Positions 51,131-58,902 of a stretch of DNA of 58,902 nucleotides are shown one piece after another. Where the stretch lies: assembly GCF_001194135.2 (NCBI RefSeq), contig NC_068988.1, positions 36,141,366 to 36,200,267 on the forward strand, in the 5' to 3' direction. Within the stretch, counting starts at the first letter, position 1. The number at the start of each line of letters is the position of its first letter. Made by a program: the position numbers and the translations under genes. Origin of the DNA: Octopus bimaculoides. Taxonomy: Eukaryota. Below the pieces are notes generated by a model that was given only the letters and a program-made list of their open reading frames with translations, made no database searches and was not told where the DNA came from.

Positions 51131-53654
51131 AGCAAATTTAAANNNNNNNNNNNNNNNNNNNNNNNNNNNNNNNNNNNNNNNNNNNNNNNNNNNNNNNNNN
51201 NNNNNNNNNNNNNNNNNNNNNNNNNNNNNNNNNNNNNNNNNNNNNNNNNNNNNNNNNNNNNNNNNNNNNNNNNNNNNNNNNNNNNNNNNNNNNNNNNNNN
51301 NNNNNNNNNNNNNNNNNNNNNNNNNNNNNNNNNNNNNNNNNNNNNNNNNNNNNNNNNNNNNNNNNNNNNNNNNNNNNNNNNNNNNNNNNNNNNNNNNNNN
51401 NNNNNNNNNNNNNNNNNNNNNNNNNNNNNNNNNNNNNNNNNNNNNNNNNNNNNNNNNNNNNNNNNNNNNNNNNNNNNNNNNNNNNNNNNNNNNNNNNNNN
51501 NNNNNNNNNNNNNNNNNNNNNNNNNNNNNNNNNNNNNNNNNNNNNNNNNNNNNNNNNNNNNNNNNNNNNNNNNNNNNNNNNNNNNNNNNNNNNNNNNNNN
51601 NNNNNNNNNNNNNNNNNNNNNNNNNNNNNNNNNNNNNNNNNNNNNNNNNNNNNNNNNNNNNTATATATATATATATATATGCGCACACTCATAAATATAC
51701 TTATATACATGTATATGCATAGATATATATTCATACACCTACATGTATGTATTTATCTATATGTATACCTATATATGCGTTTGTGCCTATGTGTGTGTGT
51801 GCGCGAGTGTGTGTCTGTGCAAGCGTTTGTGTGTTCCACTTCGCAGTTAGCTGTATGGTTTTCTCTGCCATTATTCTTTTCAAATATTCACTGTATTTCG
51901 TTTCATATTTTTTCTTGTGTTCAAATATTCAAATGCAGATTTATGAATATTCTCAACTATCCTACGTGCTTTGTGTTTCTAAAATGATGTGTTGTTTAAT
52001 ATTTAAATAAATCTATTTCACTTCTCTCTATTTTTCACCTGTCTCTTTGTATATCCTGTTTTTACTGTTTTATTTACTTATTTGTTTATTTTCTTATTTT
52101 CGTTTGTTTACCTACTTCTGTTTATATTGTATTCCCTTTACTTAACATTTTTATTTACCATTTTCTTTTCTGGCTATCAATATTTTCGGGATAAACTTTT
52201 TGCTAGTAAAAATATTCCTGTTTTAAAAAGGTTAATATTTTCTACAATAAATATACTATAGTATTGTTTCAAATGTCGAGGTAATTCTTAAAGAGGACAC
52301 ACGGACAACTAGGAAGATTTTCCGTTTTGTTCTACTCTGTTGTTTCTTAAATTTTTATTTTCAAATCAGTGGATAATGCAAATATCTTCTACTCTAGTAT
52401 CTTCTATTATATGTAAGTGTCTTCTATTATAATCCTGGACCATTTTATTGTTCGAGGTTACAATAGAACGCTATGGTGTTATCTTTTACCAGAAATTGTG
52501 AAATTGTGCAGATGATTTTTACACACACTCACATATATATAAGGGACAGTGTGTGTGTGTGTTTGTGTGTTTATGTATGTGTTTGGTTGTATGTGTCCGT
52601 GTGCAAATTTAATTTTATATTTTCCTCTCAATACTTAACAACCTTTTGATTTGCTCATGTCTCTCTTAGCAATGCACCAACAGAACTGTTACAGGCCTTA
52701 AAATTTACAATGGCTTCAGCTCGATCGACTATATCGTTGAACATAGTGCTGCAGCATCGCCCATGTCCAAGCACTGAAAAAAATAAGAGCAATTTATTGA
52801 GAAATACACGAAACATGTGATTATGGGCCAAACATTTAAGTTGTTGTTGCCCCATCTCTTATAAAAAACAGGAGAAAAGAATGGATAAGTAACTGATTAA
52901 TCCACGTCCACAATAAGAAGATATATGTCGAGATGGTCCACTGTCATGATGAGTTAGGGCATGTATATATGCATTATTGTTCTTATTTGGCTCCATAACA
53001 GAAGCGCATTCTGGAATTGAAAGAGAGCAGTTTTGAGCACTGACTTACAATGAAATCATTATTGGCGTGGGCTACGGATTCAACTAATTCATCTAATAGC
53101 CACTAACCATTCTCACGCCATTTTCTCTGTATTTAGACATCATTTCTCGGAGAAATAGTCGGTTTCACTTTCTGTCGGCATATCTTTGCTTCAAGATATA
53201 CTTACATCACGTGACGTTCTGTTTACTTCATTAAGTTATCATCGAAAGAATTCGGAAAATTCATATCCATTGAAACAAAGGTATCATTTAAAGCACTAAG
53301 TGCTAAAACAATCAAATTTGAATTTTTTTAATTTTTAAACACACCTTTTTAAATACAGATTTTGTCACTTCTATTAGAATGTATACTTAGAGAGTTAGTA
53401 GGGAGCTAATCATGAAAGTGATACAGGCCTTAAAATATAGGGAAAATATTTGGAAATCATTAGATTGTGAAAAAGATCATGCAAGAATAAAAAATTTGTT
53501 CTATATTATCAAAAACAACTGCAAGGGAACTCATGCCGTGCCATATAATTTAAAGTGTTTTCAATATTTCTTCCCTGTTTTGGCAAGCAGAAAGATTAAC
53601 TCAGCATTTCTTGCACAACTTGAAATGACATTATTAACTACACAAAATTTCAGC

Positions 53655-54016
53655 AATTTGACTTCGGTCATGCTGGAGCTCCACATTTAGTCGAAGAAGT
53701 TGACCCCTGGACTTATTCGTTGTAAGATAAGTACTTATTCTATCGGTTTCTTTTGCGGAACCGCTAATTTACGGGGACATAAACAGATCAACATTGGTGT
53801 GAAGCAATGGTTGGTGGGGACAAACAGAGGCACATAAATACATACATATATACAACTAGCTTCTTTCAGTTTCCGTCTACCAAATCCACTCACAAGGCTT
53901 TAGTCTGCCTGAGGCTACAGTAGGACACACCTGCCCAAGGTACCACACAGTGGGACTGAACACGGAACCATGTGGTTGGGAAGCAAGCTTCTTACTGCAT
54001 AGGTGCTCCTGAGCCT
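53655..54016 (-). mobile_element. SINE family B, near full length
   Basis: Matches the other family B copies from tail to head (tgggaagcaagcttctt). Confidence 0.9.
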
Positions 54017-54127
54017 ATATATATATATTTAATCAAAATAAAATTCTTTTGTAAAAATCCTCAGCGAACATTTTCTTGAATTAAATTAAGAATATTATTG
54101 CTACCTGTAAAAGTATTGGTTTCACAT

Positions 54128-54395
54128 TTTGGCACACGGCCAACAATTTTAGGGAAGGAGTACATCGGTTACATCGACCACAGAATTCAACTGGTACTTA
54201 TTTCATCAACTGTGAAGATATGACAAATAAAGTCGACTACGGTAGAATTTGAACTTATACAGGCCAACAATCTAATCTACGAAAAGATGATGAAATGGAA
54301 ATCGACACCAGTGGATTTGGAACGAGAACATACAGCTGGATGATTCCGCTAAGCATTTTTCCCGGCGTTTTAAACATTATGCCAGTTGGTTGCCT
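54128..54395 (-). mobile_element. Degenerate SINE family A
   Basis: aactggtacttattt..aaagtcgac..gaatttgaact..ccgctaagcattt. Confidence 0.65.
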
Positions 54396-54884
54396 TGGTA
54401 CTTGTAAAAATGCTACAAGGAACTAGAGGCAAAAATTCAAATCATCCAAATTGGTTCTATTTAGTTGCAGACTATATAAATTAGAGCTAAATATTTTAAA
54501 TATATATTTATTTAATTAACATTTTATAAATATTGGTTTGAATTATAATCTGATTTATTTTGTTTGAGAATTCACAGCTGTGAAAATAAATATATACTAC
54601 AAATTTCAATAATTTGACTAAACAAAGCATTCATGGAAGAATAGTTTTCAGTCATGCAAAGACTATTACACAGAAAATCAAGACCTGAAATATCGATTGG
54701 TTCGTCAGAAATGTTAATAAATATATGAACAATTATATATGTATATAAGTTATTTTTAAAGAAAAATTACAATCACATGGAATCAAGCTAGTTATATCTG
54801 TGTATAGTACACTTGTATTTATATACAGGAGTGTATGTAGATCAACTACTACTACTATTTCTACTTGCAACGATAATGATAATC

Positions 54885-54985
54885 CTGTCTACTGGAGGCA
54901 CAAGGCCACACATTTGGTGGGAGGGGAATAGTCGATTACATCGACAACAGTATTTCACTGGTACCTATTCTGTCAGCTCACCACC
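54885..54985 (-). mobile_element. Internally deleted SINE family A
   Basis: aggcacaaggcc..agtcgattacatcgac..ctggtac fused to the head end cagctcaccacc. Confidence 0.6.
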
Positions 54986-55077
54986 TTAATAATAATACTA
55001 GCAAACATCATGGACATGTGACAGCGAGCCGCCGGGATGTTAGAACAAACTGAAACCATCACGAATCAGCAATTAAG

Positions 55078-55270
55078 AATCTTTACTACTCTAGGCACGA
55101 GGCCCGAAATTTTGGGGAAGGGGGCCAGTTGATAGTTCGACCCCAGTACGCAACTGGTACTTAATTTATCGACACCGGAAGGATGAAAGGCAAAGTCGAT
55201 CCGGGCGGAATTTGAACTCAGAACGTAAAGACTGACGAAATACCGCTAAGCATTTCGCCCGGCGTGCTAA
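55078..55270 (-). mobile_element. SINE family A
   Basis: High identity to 2089-2305. Confidence 0.9.
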
Positions 55271-55670
55271 TAGAGATAATAGCGAACAGCATGGACGTGT
55301 TACAGTGAGCCGCCGGGAAAATAGAACAAATCTGAAACCATCATGAATCAGGAATTAAGAATCTGCAAAAACAATGAAAGAAACGTATGTTTTCATGTAA
55401 GCCATCGCAGGAAACTCACTGATTTTTCTTATATGGAGTATATATATATTAAAATAAGCTTCCCTCAGATGCGCTGCCACAGCAACACGTGCGTGAAAAT
55501 GTAGGCACATGGACTGCAATATTTCTATGCGAAAACTGGAAACCTGTTAGTAAAATTTAAAATTTTAATCTCCTATACATACATATTTAAACAAGACTTC
55601 TATATATATCCACATTGTTGTTTCCTCCCAGTCTCTCAGTTATACATCAATAATAATTATAAATACGAAA

Positions 55671-55881
55671 GTGGCAAGTTGGCTGGAACGTTAGCACGCC
55701 GGGCGAAATGCGTAGCAGTATTTCGTCTGTCTTTACGTCCCGAGTTCAAATTCCGCCGACCTCGACTTTGCTTTTCATTCTTTCTAGGTCGATAAATCAA
55801 ATAACAATCGCGTACTAGGGACGATCTAATCGACTGGTACCCTCCCCAAAAATTTCGGACCTTGTGCCTAGAGTAGAAAAG
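55671..55881 (+). mobile_element. SINE family A with 19-bp target-site duplication
   Basis: aataattataaatacgaaa at 55652-55670 and 55882-55900; B box gagttcaaattc. Confidence 0.9.
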
Positions 55882-57444
55882 AATAATTATAAATACGAAA
55901 AAAAACACCAAGACGTGTCCATGGGCGGTGTTCTGTCAAAAGGTAAACACTATAAAGACGGACCCATAATAAAACCACATGCCCCGCCAAATAACGTTTG
56001 TCTGCTAACAGTAAATACTACGAAATGGTTGATTTAGGATTTTCACGCACTCCATGAATACTATGAAATGTTTCATTGATGATTTACACACACAACTATG
56101 CAATACTCCTCCAAAAGCATACAGGAATAAACTCATACAGTAAATACTCAATTAAATGAACAGAGCCCACAACTTGTACCATACATGTCTGATATCGAAC
56201 AGAAGAACACAACCTGCTCAGCACAATCAACACACAATACAAAAACTAATACATCACAAGACTCAAAGCAATTCCCATAACAATTCCTCAAATTACCGAT
56301 CCGTAATTCTTCTACTCCTAAACGGGAATACTTGCTCAGGTACAATAATAACATCTCTAGGAAAATATATGTTAGCCGAGAAAGAGAATTGTACTAATGA
56401 ACAAAATTCCGCTGTCTGATTTGCATCAACCTTTCTTAAGCATTTGGAAAACTCCTGATACCTTTTACGCTCTGAATTTTGGAATGTATTAACAGAAGAA
56501 TTTTATAACGTATTAATATATGTCGTTCGCTCTGGCATTCAAAGCAAGGACAAGATGCTTGAATTTGGTCAGCGCGCATATGATCCTCTTCCATGACACT
56601 TATGTAAATCTTCTTTCTGACTCATCAATATATTTCTTCGATAAACACTTATCCCTCGATCGGCGTTTAATCTTTGCCTAAGCGTTAATCGTGCCTAGTA
56701 TACTATATTAAAGAGGAATGAACGATGGTGATTTGCTGAAAGTGTTCAGACACGGTAAATACTCGGTGACTGCCATTTAATTAGAGTATCTTACGGTCTT
56801 TACCTTATTTCCACTTTAGTTTAGATAATACCATGATGGACATGAACAAATTGGAGTGATCTGAGAAGCCTGTGCGCAGATCATGTATTAAATATATCTA
56901 CAGCAATTATGCGCTTGAATCATAATCAGAAAAGATTACAGAAACAAAGCATACCGACAGCATGAGCCAAACAAATATTTCGGATTGTTTTCCGGGTAAT
57001 TGTTTAATCGAAGTGAAAACAGAAATATCAAAGAATGATAAATATTAAACGAATAAAACTTATATGAATGTCGTTAAGCATTAAATGTGTGATACGGTTA
57101 AAAATCATTATGTATTGCAGTATTCCATTCATAATTTGAAATGATTCCACACAAGGAGAAACAACTATACTCACCGAATCTCTTGGCATATTGCCCTATC
57201 AAGTTATACGATTCAAATCAACTAATTTCCTGACGCAGATCACGTTTTAAACTACATTTGTTTACGACTGATACATCAGATGTGATTAATCTTTAATTAG
57301 CTATTCCTGCTTTAGCGTAAATCGAAGAAACTTTAAAAGATATTTCGTGCATTATATCACAAATTAAATGTTTATATTCAAGTCAATCCATTTAAGCCTT
57401 TTAATAACAATGATTCAATAGCGGGCATTGTGTGTGGTTCTTTT

Positions 57445-58035
57445 ATTCTTTTACACGTTTTAATTATTCCACTGGGACCATACTGGAGCACCTCCTTTCT
57501 TCGAAGAAATCAGAGAAATTGACCACAGGACTTTGAGAGCCTAGTAATTATTTTATCGGTCTATTTGACGAACCACTAAATTTCGGGGACATAAGCACAC
57601 CGACATCCGTTGTCAAGCGATAGTGGGTGGGTGGGGCAAACACAGACACAAAAACACTCACATAAATATATACATACATACATACATACATACATGCATA
57701 ATATATATGTGTGTGTGAGTGTATATACATACATACATATATATATATATATANNNNNNNNNNTCTATTTGACGAACCACTAAATTTCGGGGACATAAGC
57801 ACACCGACATCCGTTGTCAAGCGATAGTGGGTGGGTGGGGCAAACACAGACACAAAAACACTCACATAAATATATACATACACGGCGGGCATCTTTCACC
57901 TTCCGTCTACCAAATCCACTCACAAGGTTGTAGTCGGCCCGCAGCTATAGAAGAAAGATGCCCAAGTTGGCACGCAGTGGGACTGAACCCGGAACCATGT
58001 GGTTGGGAAGCAAGCTTCTTACCATGGGCATCTTT
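57445..58035 (-). mobile_element. SINE family B with a segment duplicated across a 10-N gap
   Basis: Family B motifs throughout; ~57560-57680 is repeated at ~57764-57880. Confidence 0.85.
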
Positions 58036-58584
58036 TTGCAATATAAAGGTAGACACCGAAGTATCCTATAGATATAATTGCCTCCAGAGGTCTGTCTACA
58101 TACAAAGGTCAATTGCTTGTATTAATTTAAGATTGTATTCATGATACTAGTATTAATAAAACTAATCCCTTTATTGGTTACCCGCAAAACTGATTAATTT
58201 GGGATTATTCTGAGTCATGTTACCAAGAGGAATTCAAGTATCAATGTCTATAAACCATGTCAGCCACCGCCTAAATATTTTTTTTAGGAAGTGTATACGT
58301 AATTAATGACACTGACATAATAAACTCTCTAAATATCTTAATATAAATTTGAACTTTTATTAATAGATTTGACACAGCAAATTTTACTGATATTTTATAT
58401 TTGTCAGTTCTTTCCCTAATACAGTAAATTCCCATTCAGGTGTATCTTAGTGTTTACGCATGTAATCGAACAAACGTATATCCCATTATCTAATACAGTT
58501 CTACATTTAAGAGATGAGGAATTAAGAACATTATTTACGTTATTTACATTTGACGGATATTTGTCCTCCTCTTGTTTGTTGTTA

Positions 58585-58628
58585 ACACAACATTTCGGTT
58601 GATATACTCTCCAGCTTTCATCAGGTGT
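58585..58628 (-). ncRNA. Minimal type I hammerhead motif, loopless stem III, weakened stem II
   Basis: Minus: ACAC CUGAUGA A AGCUGG agaguaua UCAACC GAAAU GUU GUGU; stem I ACAC/GUGU. Confidence 0.65.
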
Positions 58629-58676
58629 CTTGGGGAAATTTCGGGCCTGGGTTCTCATTCCTAAAGTATTTTTCGA

Positions 58677-58716
58677 TCTTCTTCTTCTTCTTCTTCTTCT
58701 TCTTCTTCTTCTTCTT

Positions 58717-58806
<90 letters not shown>

Positions 58807-58807
58807 G
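58677..58807. repeat. Compound (CTT)n(ATT)n microsatellite
   Basis: Direct read. Confidence 0.95.
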
Positions 58808-58902
58808 TTCAGTAGTTTTATTTTTATAACGTGCTTTCACTTCACTACCAAGCGCAGCTCTGTGCGCCTTGGGTATGTGCTGTGGTTTGCTGTAGTGCTC
58901 TT

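Noticed and set aside
52655-52775. Minus-strand acceptor tttttttcag plus a 39-codon frame
   Set aside because: No homology and no supporting neighbouring exon
57560-57880. Exact ~120 bp duplication across a 10-N gap (also 14701-14822)
   Set aside because: Most likely unmerged contig overlap, an assembly artefact

Overview
AT-rich, gap-riddled (N-run) eukaryotic DNA saturated with microsatellites and decayed mobile elements. The tRNA-derived SINE families and repeat landscape point to an octopus (cephalopod) draft scaffold; this is inference, not a database result. I cannot support any intact host gene. The long ORFs in the track are microsatellite or N artefacts, and only weak splice-site candidates exist. 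Identifiable content: mariner (DD34D) transposon fragments; an internally deleted RTE-clade LINE; two R4/Dong-like RLE non-LTR fragments, one sitting inside an (ACAT)n microsatellite; three Penelope-like (PLE, GIY-YIG) fragments; about 14 SINE copies from three families; and several foldback elements. The main discovery is a dense set of type I hammerhead ribozyme (HHR) motifs that the ORF track cannot show. There are nine well-formed ones (four with an intact catalytic core) plus three relics, most with the short self-complementary stem III typical of dimer-forming PLE hammerheads. Three foldbacks carry them, one with a hammerhead on each strand, and several share a non-canonical 10.1-11.1 mismatch. 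Activity is untested; all structures were paired by eye.
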